DNA of 64,000 nucleotides from Lama guanicoe (lineage: Eukaryota), in the NCBI GenBank assembly GCA_013239625.1, contig MU055458.1:728972-792971 (forward strand), in the 5' to 3' direction. Below, piece after piece: positions 50,246 to 62,812 of this stretch; the stretch's first letter is position 1, and the number at the start of each line of letters is the position of its first letter. The notes beneath the pieces were generated by a model. It was not told the DNA's origin. It was given only the letters and a program-made list of their open reading frames with translations, and did no database searches. A program made the position numbers and the translations under genes.

Positions 50246-53029
50246 CTGCAGTCATGACAGGGCACTAGCTCACCTGCCGTCCACAGGCGAAGTGCCCACC
50301 TGGACTAACTCCGCCCCTCGCTAACTCTGCAACCATCACCTGTCCAGCCACAACTCTGAGCCTCGGTCCTTGACCCACAGAATATGGCCCTGCAGACCCA
50401 CCTCAAAGGGAGAGCGCCCAACCAGCGCAGGTGACCCAGGCCCTCACGGGCGCCCAGCCACTGCTCTAAGCACCACCACCACCTGCAGCCCACAGACCAC
50501 CCCCAGTACAGACTGGCCTGTCACTCAGCTTGCCTCTGTTCCCCTGCCTGGAGGGGGTCTCTGCAGGACAGTTCTGACAGGGAGGAAAGGGGCTGCTCTA
50601 CAGGTGCAGAACAATGGCCCGGCCACAGCACTACCTTGTGACCTGTAACCCTGCCGACCCCACCCTGGCAAAGCCGGCCTTCCACTCTCAGCGACCAGCA
50701 GCAGGGGGCACCCAGGACCCCTGCCACCCAGCTTCCACCCGGTTCTCCCACGGGGACCCTGAACAGACCCTGCCCTCTCCAGCTCAGTCCCCAGCAGCAA
50801 GGTGGACAACAAGGGGACCACATGATGGCTGAGCCCCCAGCACCCTGAGACCACCCTGAAGAAACTGACAGTGAGAATGCAGAAGCCTCTCTGAGACATT
50901 AAGACGATTTCGAGGCCCTTGAGAGTCTGGCACTTCCCAGCACAGAGAACAGACAAGGCAGCAGCCTCCTGGGCAGATGCTGCCCTCCATAAGCCAAGCA
51001 TTCCTAGCTGCCCCTCAACCTAACCTCACAACCAGCCCCCTGGCTTCCCCAGGGCATGTAAGGTCAGGGAGACGCATTGCTTGCGAGGCTCACACATACG
51101 CTTACTGCAGTCCCAGCCCCAAGGACGAGAAAGCACCAGTGAGGGAGCAGGAGAGAAGCCTGGAGACTCAGTGGTGATGGAGGACAGCAACGGAGCAGGC
51201 TGCGCCCCGAGGCAGGTCCTGTTTGCAACCCTTCCTCCTGGGGGGACTGCCCCGGGGGGCAAGCACGGGGTGGGTGTCAGCCTCCCCCACAGATGTGGGA
51301 CCTGTCAGGGACTCTCCACCTGGGCCAGTGCCTTCCACACTGGGGCATCTCCTCTCTAAACTCCCGAGCGTCTGCAGCAACCCCGCCACCCTACCGTGAG
51401 AGAAGGGGCCACATCACGTGTGTGCCAACGTACCTGCCCTAGATCAAAACAGAAACCGCTGTCTCCCGTCACCAACACAAGTGAACAAGAACACAGACAT
51501 GTTATCACAAAAACTTAAAATGCTCCCCCGGGGGCCACCAGGAGCCTCATCCTGATATGGGTCCTGATGTGAGCAGAGCAGTGCCCAGCCCACACAGGAG
51601 CACTGACCCACAGGGACCAGGGCACCAGGGACAACATAAGCTCAGGAGGGGCATGTCTGAGGCCTGCACTCCCACCTGTGCGGGGCAGGCCTGGTCCTGG
51701 CACCAGGCTCAGGGCGGTTTCTATGGTGGAGGGCTGAGCTGTACTGGGCCTGCTCCTCCCTCCCCCCTCCCCCCTCCCCAAATGTCACTTTACAAAGTGC
51801 CCAGCCAAGGTGGACCACTTCTAGCTCAGCAGGAGAATGTCTGTCACACAGGGGGTAAGACACTGCTGCCAGCGCCCTCACAGAAGGGAGAGCTCTGCTC
51901 TCCCCACAGAGCTGCCACCAAGCACTGCACCAGAGTGCTTTGCTGTCCACCAGCCGCCTGCCACGGCTCCCCTGCACCCAGCGGACTCAAGAGGTATGGA
52001 GAAGAGTGGTGCCCAAACTTGCATTTTAGCGAGCACAGAAGATGAGGCTGAGCTCGTGTCTGCCTGCCTGCGGGGGCAGGGCCCGGACAAACAAGGCCCA
52101 GGGCCACCAAGTCCCACATTCCCAGGGGCCTCTCCAGGCCTGAGGGCTGATGCCTTCTGAGCAGGCTGGGGGAAGGCCCAGTAGAGCAGTCGTGACCCTC
52201 ATGTCACTGACTGAGGGGCCATGCCAGGCTCCCCGCCCCCTGGGACCAGTGGGCATTGTCACCTCCTCTCTTCAGAGGTGGAGGCAGTAGTGACTGCTGT
52301 CTCTCGCGATGAGCACTTGGCCAGCCTGGGCGCAGCTCTGACACATGGCCCAGCCCCCAGCGACCCTGGGGAGGACAGCCAGGGCCACCACCCTCTCTGC
52401 CTAGAGGAAACCACAGGCTGAGCAGAAGGGGATCCGGGGGAGCCTCGCCTGCTGCTGGAGAAGCCAGGCAACTGGCTTCCCCACAGATCCCAGCCCTTTC
52501 CCGGCCAGCTGGGTCCTGGTGAGGTGAAACTCGCGGCCCCCGTGAACTCTCAGGAAGGCTCCCAGGGCCCACAAGGAAGAGAGCAGGAGCCTCACAAGAG
52601 GCTCTGCTGCCAACACTCCGCGCCAGACAGGGACAGAACTCCCGGCTCGGAGGTTTCTACTACCCTCTCCCTGCCCCAAGAAAGAAATCGACCATAGTCA
52701 AAAGACACTGCACACCAGAGACTGACACACTGTAACTGACTATACTTTAACTAAATAAGAAAGATTGTAGCAGAAAAAGCTAGAGCCTCACCAGCCGACT
52801 CTGGGGGGCCAGGGGCCAGGAGACTAGGCTGGGACAGGTGGACGTCTGCTGCCCGCTCTGAGCCTAGGCCGCCCCGGGGCTGGGGAAGACAGCCCTGTGC
52901 TGCTCTTCTCTCTGAGAGTCTGCCTTTCCTTGGCGCCACCCTCTCCGCGCTCTCTCCCTCCTGGGCCTCCCCACTGGTGGCAGGGAAACCCCAAGCTGAG
53001 CTGCCTCCCCTCACCGCAGCAGCACTGAC

Positions 53030-53175
53030 CTGTCGGGGCAGACGCAGATGTCATGCATGTAGAACTTGATGGCCTTGGACTGCTCCTTGTTCTTGAAATG
53101 GTAATCAGCCAGGAGGTAGTAGAGCTCATTTACCACTGGAGGGGAGGGGTCAGCCCCTTCTGGGAGGCAGGGCAC
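53030..53175 (-). CDS. CABIN1: CABIN1 exon (~22), 146 nt, [13 protein letters not shown]...[11 protein letters not shown](R)
   Basis: Acceptor ctgccag|GTG after a 107-nt intron, donor CAG|gtcagt, phase 0-2. Confidence 0.95.
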
Positions 53176-53282
53176 CTGGCAGGTGAGAGGGCAAGGATGC
53201 AGGGAGGCAGAGCAGGGACTCAGGTGTGACCAGGGCCCTGACGGCAGCGGTGTGGGACGCGGTCCAGGCGCCAAGCTCCTAC

Positions 53283-53489
53283 CTCAGTGGAGGTGCCTTC
53301 AATGTAGGCAGAGACTCTGTCCAGGCTCAGGGCTGGCCTCTCCGTGCGGGGCACGATGGTGGCGATTCTCTTGAGGAGGTTGGCCAAGTCAGCAGACACG
53401 GTGCTGGTCTTGTAGCTGTCAAATTCAGGAAGAGTCTTGGGCTTAAAATACTCAAACATGAACAGGGCATCCTCCCATATCAGGTCCAT
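53283..53489 (-). CDS. CABIN1: CABIN1 exon (~21), 207 nt, [18 protein letters not shown]...AYIEGTSTE
   Basis: Acceptor ctttccag|ATG, donor GAG|gtagga, phase 0-0. Confidence 0.95.
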
Positions 53490-54032
53490 CTGGAAAGAAG
53501 GCAGAGGCGGGTCACTGTGTGGTCCAGGTAAAGAACATGGGGAGTTCATCCACGGAAATGCATGGTGTCTGATGTAGGCCAGCTCACAATACACAGAGAG
53601 CCTAAAATGACTCCTATGTACTTAAAATACCTGCTCACCCACTGTAATCTCCAAACCCAGGTGTCTGGTGAGCAAAAATGTGAACCAGTGCAAGCCCAGA
53701 CTTTATGAAGACAAACACTGGAACCGAGGGCGCACTCATGTGTCACGAGGCCACACAAGAGGCAGGTTCAGGGATAAGTGTGAGGGGCAGACCAGACGCC
53801 CCCTGTGCCCCAGCGTCCAGTCGGTCCTCTGGCTGACAAGTACTGACCAAGCACTAGCTCTGGACCAGGGTGGGTCTGCACACTGTAGGGGCCCTGCTCA
53901 ATGGAGTGCACGTTTAGGGGATGAACTCCCTTAAGGTCAAAGAATAACTGACCGTGTTAAGAAGCCATATCATAAAATGACACACCTACTAGTGGTCTGA
54001 AAACCACACGATAAAAAATGGAAACCTTATGT

Positions 54033-54213
54033 GGGGAGGGTATAGCTTAGTGGTAAAGTGCATGCCAAGCATGAAAAAAAGGTCCTGGGTTCAATTCCCA
54101 GTACCTCTGTTTAAAAACATAAATAAATAAGCCTAAAATTACCTCCCCGCCATTAGAAAACTTTTTTTAAAAAAGAAAGAAAGAAAAACAAAAGACAAAA
54201 CAAAACAAAAAAA
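54033..54213 (+). mobile_element. tRNA-Ala-derived SINE, camelid (Vic-1-like), with A-rich tail and target-site duplication
   Basis: GGGGAGGGTATAGCTTAGTGGTAAAGTGCATG...GGTCCTGGGTTCAATTCCCAGTACCTC, tail ATAAATAA...TTACCTCCCC, then A-rich repeats; flanks aaaaaatggaaacctt and aaaaaaaggaaacttt. Confidence 0.85.
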
Positions 54214-54478
54214 GGAAACTTTCTAAGGAATGATATGCGTTATCCAAACTGGGGGGAATCTACTGGAAATTGCCAGTCTGCATTTCTGAATGATTAGTCA
54301 ACATTTACGAAATTAGTCTCTGAAAGGAAAGCCGTTTTCCTCGGGATTTCGATGAGACTAGTCCACCTGACACAACTCCAGCTCACCTGCCGGGCTGTGA
54401 GACAGCAAACCTGACACCCTCAGGGAGCACAGGCTCCCGCAAGCCCAGCCCCTGAGCAGGGGCAGGCGGCGCCCTCAC

Positions 54479-54640
54479 CTGCTGGGCCGAATGCTCCTCC
54501 AGGTACCTGGCCTTGCTCTTCTTGCTGGGGTAGCTGTACAGGCAGTAGAAGCACTGTTCCAAGGCCGTCTCCAGCTCCTCCTTGTATGGATGAGTGTCTT
54601 CAGAGGTGGATGCGGCAAGCTCTTTCTGGAGTACGCGCAC
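54479..54640 (-). CDS. CABIN1: CABIN1 exon (~20), 162 nt, [11 protein letters not shown]...[11 protein letters not shown]
   Basis: Acceptor gctgtag|GTG, donor CAG|gtgagg, phase 0-0. Confidence 0.95.
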
Positions 54641-55069
54641 CTACAGCGGTGACGGAGGAGGTGCCTGGCGGGGGGGCCCGCAGCCCTCGGGCACAGTGGG
54701 CCACCAGCTCTGTTACCCTGAGGGGTGTGTCTGGGCCTGTCTTGCTAGGGGGTGGTAGTCACCTTCGAGGAAGCCGAGGGGCCACTCAAGGCTCCCCATC
54801 CAGCACCCCACCAGCTTCAAGCAGTGCTACACTTGTCCACCAAGCCATTCATCTGTCCCCCGAAATATCTACTGAGCACCTTCTTATGCTGGGCAGGGAG
54901 ACACCAACTCTGCTCTGGGGAGATCAGACTCCCACGAGGGACCATGAATTAAATAGTTGTAACGTAAGATGACTCATCCCAGGAGGGCCAAGGAAATCTC
55001 GAAGACAGACGTTAGTGAGGATCACGGAAGAGGTGGTGTCCGTGGATGTTAGACCCAATGGCTACTGTT

Positions 55070-55720
55070 ATGCCAACTATTAGCAAACCATACTTTCTTT
55101 TCAAGCATCCATGGTATTTTTACCGAAACTAGACAAAAAGCAAGTCTCAACAAATTCTAAAGACCAGATATGATGTAGATCACAACCTCTGAACATAATT
55201 CAATAAAATTGGAAACCAATTACATAAAGATAGCAAACACCATGCTCATGGCATGCAACTAAAAGTATACTTGGGAAAACTTACAATATTCAACACATGT
55301 ATTAGAAGAGTGATCACTAAAATAAGCATTTACTTCAGTAAGTTAGAAAAAAACACAAAGCAAATCCAAAGAAAGTAAAAAAAAAAATAAATACTGAAGT
55401 GGCAATGGATGAACTAGAAAGCAAAGAAAAAAATTGATCAATACACCAACAGCTGGTAGTTTCAAAAAAACTGATTTTGATAAACTTCATTAAAGACTCA
55501 TTTTTCAAGAAAGAGGAAAAGAAGCACAAATAAATGGTTTCAGTGATGAAAGAGGGGGCATAACTAAAGGTGCTAAAGAGAGTTTCATAATCATAAACAA
55601 ATGCGATGAGCAAGCTGATGCTTACATGGACACTATTCCAAAAACATTACTGACTTTAGAACAGAAAATCTAAATGAACCCATAATCACCAAAGAAACAG
55701 TCAACAGTTTAAATCTTACT
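55070..55720 (+). mobile_element. Old L1 ORF2 fragment (end of endonuclease region), degraded
   Basis: catactttcttttcaagcatccatgg...aaagcaagtctcaacaaattc; A-rich; L1-like text resumes at ~56100-56260. Confidence 0.7.
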
Positions 55721-55769
55721 CTGAGGGGGTTGGGGACAGGGAGAGGGACTGGCAGTGCACACTCCAGAC

Positions 55770-56096
55770 CAGGGGTGGGGTGCAAACTACAGCTTGTACA
55801 GCTCGTGGGGCAAACCCTGTATTGCCTGTTTCTGTACAGCCTGAGAGCTAAAAATGGCATTTACATTTTTAAATTATTTTTAAAAATTAAAAGGAGTTCT
55901 GCTCTGTAACACGTGAGAATTATATGAAAGGTTCAGCACCCGCAAGCTTTCGCATTAAATCTTTATACACTGTTTACAGCTGCATTGGTGTTTCAAAGGG
56001 CACACCTTTGAAGTGGTTTCAACAGAGACCGTGTGGCCTGAAAGCCTGGAAAATTTACCCTCTGTCCCTTTACAAAAGAAGTTTTGTTGACTTCTG
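55770..56096. mobile_element. MER58B-like hAT-Charlie transposon
   Basis: Starts caggggt...gcaaactac, ends aagttttgttgacttctg; internal gagctaaaaatggcatttacatttttaaat; degenerate 8-bp flanks ctccagac and gccaagac. Confidence 0.75.
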
Positions 56097-56737
56097 GCCA
56101 AGACAACAGGGGGAAAAAGACTGAAAAGGAGGGAAGACATATGTATGGACAATATGACTGTCTACATAGGAAACTCGAGAAATCCGTAACCCACCAGAAC
56201 GAAGAAAGGCAATAAGCAAAGGACCTGTGTGTAAGAGAAACTTCACGGTCTACCAAAAAAGCCACCAACTGAGAAAACCCGGGAGCAGGGCCATCCAGTA
56301 ACCGCCCCTTCCCTCCAGGCGCCACTCCCCGAGCCCTGGCCTCACTCTCAGCTTGTCCTGGTCAGCACCAGGGTGCAGGCAGGCAGGGCACCGGGACAGA
56401 CAGACCCTGTGCGGGTGGAAGGGGAGACGGCAGAAGGAGCTGCAGATCCCTGGGCAGCAGGATGGACAACATAGACTCTGCCTGGCATGATCCTTCCAAA
56501 ACTGGTTCTGGACTCCAAGCTAACCCAGGGGAGCTCCCAGAGGCCCCTGGAGCTCACAGGATGGGCCAGACACTCCAGCATCCACAGCTGGAGCTGGAGC
56601 TTGCCCTCCTCGGACACTGACCTGCTCCGGGGCCCTGAGCCAGCCAGGGCTCCCTGCCAAGACTCCATGTCCTCAATACCAGAGCTGTGCAAATTGTGAA
56701 GCCCCTCGACACATGAGCTCTACACACAATCTCAGTC

Positions 56738-56900
56738 CCATTCACTCATTCAACCCACACTTATTAAGCACCTGCTATGTGCCGGGTGCTATGCTAGGTG
56801 CTTGGATCATTCAGTGAACAAAACTAGAAAACACACCTGCATGGAAGCTGCATTTCACTGACAAAGAGATAGACCAACAACAAATAAAATGGCACGCTGG
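56738..56900 (-). mobile_element. L2 3' end
   Basis: cattcactcattcaac...ttattaagcacctgctatgtgccgggtgctatgctaggtgct. Confidence 0.75.
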
Positions 56901-56985
56901 GGCCAGAAGAGGGCCCAGGGAGAGTAGGGGGCAGAGAAGGGGGATCAGGAGGACAGGAGCCATGTGCTCACCACGAAGGTACAAA

Positions 56986-57050
56986 GCAAAGGTCAGCAAA
57001 TCTTTTCTTAAAGGTGCAGATAGCAAATATCTTAGTAAACATGGCTTTAG
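56986..57050. mobile_element. MER58A-like fragment
   Basis: ggtcagcaaatcttttcttaaaggtgcagatagcaaatatcttag. Confidence 0.55.
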
Positions 57051-57585
57051 AGCTGACATGCAGGGGAATGGGCACGGCTCCGTCCCACTGACCCATCTAT
57101 GACCAGGCACCAGAGCTGGGCTGGGTGCCCCTCTGGCCCTGTAACTGGTCTGTGTGCCATCCAGCTTCTCACTCAACAGCAAAGTCTGGGAACAAGGATT
57201 GGGCTGCTTGTATCTCGAGTCAGCTGGGCAAGTGAGAGGAAGCCCACCTGCGCCCCCCAAGCATCTCCTGAGAGAATGAGAGCAATCGCTGCTGATGGAG
57301 CAGCCACTACAGCCTGAAGGGTGGTGCCTGACAAACGGACCAGCGGGCGGCAGGAGACTGAAGTCACCACCTCTAAAATTACTAACAAGGCAACAGACTC
57401 AGTGAGGGCCAGGGGGTCTACGTCCACCAGCAGTTCAAGGCCAGGTCCAGAATCCTGGGCCTCAGGTCGCAGGGACTCCAAGCTCAGACTTTCTGGCAAC
57501 TGTGAGTTATCACCAACATGCAACAGTCAGAGAAGGGCAGGGCCCAGTGGCAGGGGAAGGCCAGGTGAGCCCCAGCAGCACTTAC

Positions 57586-57701
57586 GTAGAAGCGCAGCAG
57601 AGCCCCATCAGAATTGCAGCACCAGGACCTCCGGCCCAAGTACTCGTGGGCTGTGTTGAGCAGCATGAGGGAGGAGGGGAGCACGGGCGCCTCGGCCATC
57701 A
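57586..57701 (-). CDS. CABIN1: CABIN1 exon (~19), 116 nt, (V)[38 protein letters not shown]
   Basis: Acceptor ccccacag|TG, donor TAC|gtaagt, phase 1-0; ORF 57484..57702(-). Confidence 0.95.
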
Positions 57702-57799
57702 CTGTGGGGAGACCAGACGGACAGATGGGTTAGCGTGGGGTGTGTACAGGAGCAGCAGGGTTCAGCCTCTCTTGTCCTTACCATGGGGATCAGAGATTT

Positions 57800-59420
57800 C
57801 CCCTTCTTTCCTTTCTCATCTTCCTTTCATTTCAAATATGTAATGACTTGACTGACTCTACTAAAGCAATACGTGCTTATCAAAAAACAATTCAAATCAC
57901 ACAGCAAAGTATAAAGAAGGACTGCTTCCTCACCAAGCTCCAGCCCCCAGATAACCGACGCTGGGACATGGAGAACAGCCCTGGAAGCATCCTTCTATGA
58001 GTGGGTGAGACACTTTGAAACAGAAAGATAAGTAATTTGTAATGATGGAACCCATAGTACACACATTACTGCTTAACTTAAAAACTCTTGTTTAGGTCTA
58101 TCTAAATATAATAGAAGAAAAAAGAACTCCCAAATCTCAGTTAAATATTCACCACTGGAACTATCATTAATTCCCTAAAGATCCCTTGGTGCTTTTGAAA
58201 CTCTAGGCCATAACCTCGTGGTCTTGTAAGTAACACTTTCTAAGAGTATCAGGATAGAGTACGTTAAGGCAGAACGTGCTAGAGGAAATCATGCCCCATA
58301 GAGCGAGGGAGGATTCTTTCACTTTTTCTTGGTTAGTCTCCGTCAAAGAGACATGAAAAGCGCTGGTAAAAAGAAGTCGGAAAATCACTCAGCTTGAGCC
58401 ATTCTGGGTTTTCATGGGTCTTCTACGTTCATTTCCATATTCAGCAGCACCAAGAACGATGACACAAGATCAGTGACAGCAGTGACACGTCCTTCCCCCA
58501 GCTCCCCGTTTTGCTGTGCATGTTGCCTGCGGTGCTTCAAGGTTCTGTCCTGCAGCCATGAGCCCAGTTGCTTTCCCTCAACCGCAACTCCACGTGGACT
58601 TGGTGCTCATGGAAGAGTTCTCTCCCCTGGCTTTTCCGGTCCTGAGGAATTTCATTCTGACTCACGTTGGTTGACTGACTTCACCCTCCAGCCATGTTTC
58701 TAAGAAGCACCCGGAGGAGCTGGAACCCACTGTAATTACAAACTACTTGGCCAGCTGCCTTGGCTCACGCCTTCCCTGGGAGCTGTGCAGACAGTGGACA
58801 TCACCCCAGCTGCACTGGACACTGCTACGGAGAAATCTGAAATGAGTCTCACTCCTTGTCCCGTGAAAGTAAATCGCTTTTTCAGTTTAGAAACCTAAAA
58901 AATCTTTATCCTTAAAATGGATCCTTAACCAGGAGGTATCTTGACATATTGTTGTTACCGACTTTTCCTGGTATATACTGCACTTTGAATCTGCGGATTC
59001 AGCTGTTACTACAATTTAGAGACGCCAGGTTGGTTGCTTCTCTCACTTCACTGCCGGGGCCTTGCGATCCAGGGCTCTGTTCACCGTTACCCTGGACCAC
59101 CTCTGCTTTCCACATCCGTCACCTTCTTAGCCACACTCCTCGCCTCAGTCTGTCACATTCACTCTGCTTCTTGCTATTTGTTAGTGTACGATGGCCAGAT
59201 ATGGTTTGCGGCGTTTTCCTTAGTTCTACAGTTTTCCTTTTCATTTCACTGTTTATCGTCTTAAAAACTTTACAAGTGATTTCCTCGTGCCCACCATTCA
59301 CAGGGCCTCTGCCTCCACTCCGTGATACCTGCTTTCTTCCAGGCCGAAATGGCCCATTTTTCGCACGGTATGTCCTTCCTTCCTTTCTGTCCCCACTTGG
59401 CGTGGGGTAAGCACACCTGC
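57800..59420 (-). mobile_element. Patchwork of old antisense L1 fragments
   Basis: AT/T-rich tract with L1M-like phrases (gagaaatctgaaatgagtct..., ttttcctggtatatactgcactttgaatctg); boundaries approximate. Confidence 0.45.
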
Positions 59421-61750
59421 CAGGTCACTTCTTTCTGTCTCACTCAAAGTCAGCCAGGGCGGCTGCTCAGATCAGGGACGTGCCCCAATCACCAGGAATG
59501 AATTTTCTAGGGTGCTCTCCCATCAAGAAGGCCAAGCTGCCCTTTCCTTACAGCTGTACTATTAAAGTGGGCATCTGGCTCGGTCACCTTCCACAGCCAG
59601 TGTCCGCAGAACAGAAGGGAGACCGCTTGACCAGGGCTGCAGGCAGTCCTTGCGGGGCCACAAGGTCTCGTTCTCTCCTGAGAGCCCCTTAAAGGTAGGG
59701 TGGCTGCATGGGGAGAGGAGTGTGGTCAGATAGTCTTGGGGGCAGCTCCTTCAGGGTCTGCTGTGGCTGCAGAGGCTCCAGCCCCCAGACTCGTGGACCC
59801 CCATGGGAGCCACGTCCAGTCACTGAGCGTGATGGGAGGGCACAGGGACCTGGACAGGCACTTGCTGCAGAGCCCCCACCAGGTGGCCAAGGCACAGTCA
59901 GGCCACAGCCCAGGTCTCAGTCCGCCCTGCATCCTCTCACGAGCACAGATCCCCAGTGACCCATCTCAGAGTCTGCTCCAGAGAATCAGTGTGTGACAAC
60001 GTCCCACACTAGCCCCTCACCACCGGCCAGAAGTGCCCTCCGTGCTATCTGCCCCAGAAGGCGCAGGACCCAACAGCAGCCCCGCCGCTGCCACGGGGGC
60101 CATAGCACCAGCCATGCTCTACAGAGGAGAGGACTGTCAACGCACCACCCTCCCTCGGTTCTCCTCCTGGAGGTGGAGGCAGGGACAGGCACCACTCCAG
60201 CAGCCAGAACCCCTGATCTGTCCCTGGGCCTGGCCGTCCAGAGTCACGGCATTTGACTGTTCCCCTTATTTGCTTACTGACAGGTTTTTTTTAAAAAACC
60301 GTGTTGTGTTTGCACAATTAATTGGGGAGAAAAAGAGACTCTTTATCTGGAAGTCTTTTTGTATCATTCTTATAAGAAAAAGAATACACATTTATAGCTG
60401 CAAACCTTAATTTTTCTTTTCTCACCACTAAAACCTTTTTAGAAAACACACAGGCAGCACCATTTGTCAAGAGCTCTAAAGATATCCATTCTAAAAATTT
60501 ATCAAATAAATCAATTCAGCAGAAACAAAAGGGTACAGTGAGGTGCTGTCGACAGAGTGACCCATAAGAGAGAAACAATGCAGCTGTCTTGACAGTCCGG
60601 CAGGGGGTTCAGCAGACCAGGGCACCTCTCGTCAGCACCACGAAGACCACGGGATGAAGCGGACACAGCTTTACAAAAGGGTGTGAGAGCCTCTCTGTCT
60701 TGCTCCTTCTACATTCAACCCACACGGACCAGCTCCTCGAGTCCCTGCCCAGCTCCCCGGGTCTCCATCAGGCCTAAGCCCAACGCCCACCCTCGCTGCC
60801 ACTATGGCACGGTGCCATGGATGCTGTGGGTGCTGTGGGCACCCTGGGCAGTCCCGTCTGCCTCCCCCACGTGAACTTGTCAGGTCAGAGGCTCTCACTC
60901 ACAGAGGCCTGACAAGCAGTGAGCAGCAGTAACTTTCAGGGGAGTAAAGGACGAAGCGGGAGTAAGTGGGAGGAAGGAATCTCGAGTTCACTCCATGGTC
61001 GTTGGAACACAGCTGACTTCCCTGTCCGCTTTGCTGACTTATCAAACACTGAGGAAAAATCCCCAATAAATTCAATTTTAAGCTGGCTGAACAAATATGT
61101 AAGTCGAGTATTATAACCACAGCTATATAAAAAGTACATGTGTACTGGCCAAGTTTAGGTAGAAAATGCAAGAACACCAAAGGGGAAAGCTCCCTTCGGT
61201 AGGATTATAGACACCCTGCCTCAGTGCCGTTTGGCTGCTGTTTCCATGTAGTCTCTTCCACCACGCCGACCCGCTCCAGTGCCATCCCCAGGCTCCCCAG
61301 GCCCCGGGCAGCACTACCCCGGCCTGGACGTGGGGAGCCGACGCTGGAGGTCACACACCCAGAAGTGGAACCTGCGCTGCCGGCCCAGCCTGCCCTCCAG
61401 CCGCCACATCCCAGCCTTGAAGGCCCACATGCAGGAGAGCTACAGGGCTGCATGGGGACCAAAGGAGGTGGCAGGCATGGCGCTCTTCATGGGCCCTTGC
61501 CACCTGCCATTTCCTCCGCATTGCCACCCGCACCAGACGAGACAAACATCACATGCCACAGCCCCGCCCCGCGCTATACAGCGAGCTCCCTGGGGAGCCT
61601 CTGCCTCCATCCAAGTGCCACGAAAAATCCTGCCAACCAAGCCCAGGCCCACTCACAGCACCTGGCCCTGGGGCAGAGATAAAAGTCCAGGATGTTCAGG
61701 CTGAAGACCACCCCACCGAGGGCCACCCCCACTGGCCCACGTCCCAGCAC

Positions 61751-61907
61751 CTTCGTCAGCCGGGTTCTGGAGCTGCTGCTGGTGGCACAGGGAGCGGAAA
61801 GTATCCTCCTCCTGCCGGATGACCCGGTGCAGGATGATCCAGGGCAGCACGGAGGAGACATGGGGCTCCTTGGGCTCCTCCTGCACAGCCATGCTGCAGT
61901 CGATGAC
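61751..61907 (-). CDS. CABIN1: CABIN1 exon (~18), 157 nt, [11 protein letters not shown]...[10 protein letters not shown]
   Basis: Acceptor ccccag|GTC, donor AAG|gtgctg, phase 0-1; ORF 61653..61994(-). Confidence 0.94.
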
Positions 61908-62569
61908 CTGGGGTGGGGGGTGTGTCTCAGCAGGGCTGGTGCCCCAGCACCTAGCAGCATGCCGGCACGCCATAGACCAGAGCGCCACAGCCACAGCTGG
62001 CTCTGCCCTCCCTCATGCCGCCTGCAGTTCCTGATGCACCAGACACGAGGCTGACTGCTGAATGGGGCACAGGGGAGCTGACAACCCAAGGAAGGAGAGC
62101 TAGGATCAGCCTGGCTGCTGTGAGGGAAGCAAACAGGGGCCGCAGTGGGGCTTCAAGCAGGGGAGGGTCAGGTAGAAGTTTCCAGGTGAGCGGCTGTGCC
62201 AGGCCCAACCCCAGAGAGGCACCTGGGAAGTAGGGGGTGAGGGAGGAGGCGGAAGCAGTGGTCAGTGCGTCTCCAGTGACCACACCCTGGAGGGAGGCTG
62301 CCAGGGGAGGTGCGGGAGGAGCACATCCCTAGTTCTTGAAATGTGCCTCCATGGAAGGGCAATGAGGCCCGAGGGTAGCCTGGGCTCAGCAGAGCAGTGA
62401 TGCCTGCGGTGCCAAGTGCAGCCCCGTCTCTAACCCCAGACACGAGCGGCCCCGGCATGTCTGCTATCAGTGCACAACCGGCCCAGCTGCCGCAGCCAGA
62501 GAAACCCACACCCCCAAGGGGGTGCCCGCTGTGAAGGAGGGGCCGGCAGGGCAGGAAGGGGCTGGTTAC

Positions 62570-62812
62570 CTGGATGAGGTTGTTGGTGAGCCGGGTGAGG
62601 ACGGCAGTGGAGGACGCCTCCTCCAGGATGCCGCCACTGCTGTCTGCCGAGAGCGCCTGCTCAATTCCCCGCAGCAGCTGGGTTACTGTGGCCACCCACT
62701 CCTCTTTGGCGGCCGCTTCAGTGGCATTGACCATCTGCTGGACTGCCTCATTCAGAGCCACTTCAGAGCACTCGAAGCACTGCTGGTGGTCCTCCAGCCG
62801 GAGCAGGGAGTC
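62570..62812 (-). CDS. CABIN1: CABIN1 exon (~17), 243 nt, [15 protein letters not shown]...RLTNNLIQ
   Basis: Acceptor gcgtgcag|GAC, donor CAG|gtaacc, phase 0-0; lies in ORF 62168..62905(-). Confidence 0.95.

Larger units (their letters stand above)
1369..62812 (-). other. CABIN1: CABIN1 gene body, partial (internal exons only; gene extends beyond both window ends)
   Basis: Spliced minus-strand exon translations match recalled Cabin1 peptides in the right order (DSLLRL..., [11 protein letters not shown]..., [86 protein letters not shown]); all visible introns are GT..AG. Confidence 0.98.

Noticed and set aside
58102-58111. MEF2-like CTAAATATAA
   Set aside because: Lies in AT-rich L1-derived sequence where such matches are expected by chance.
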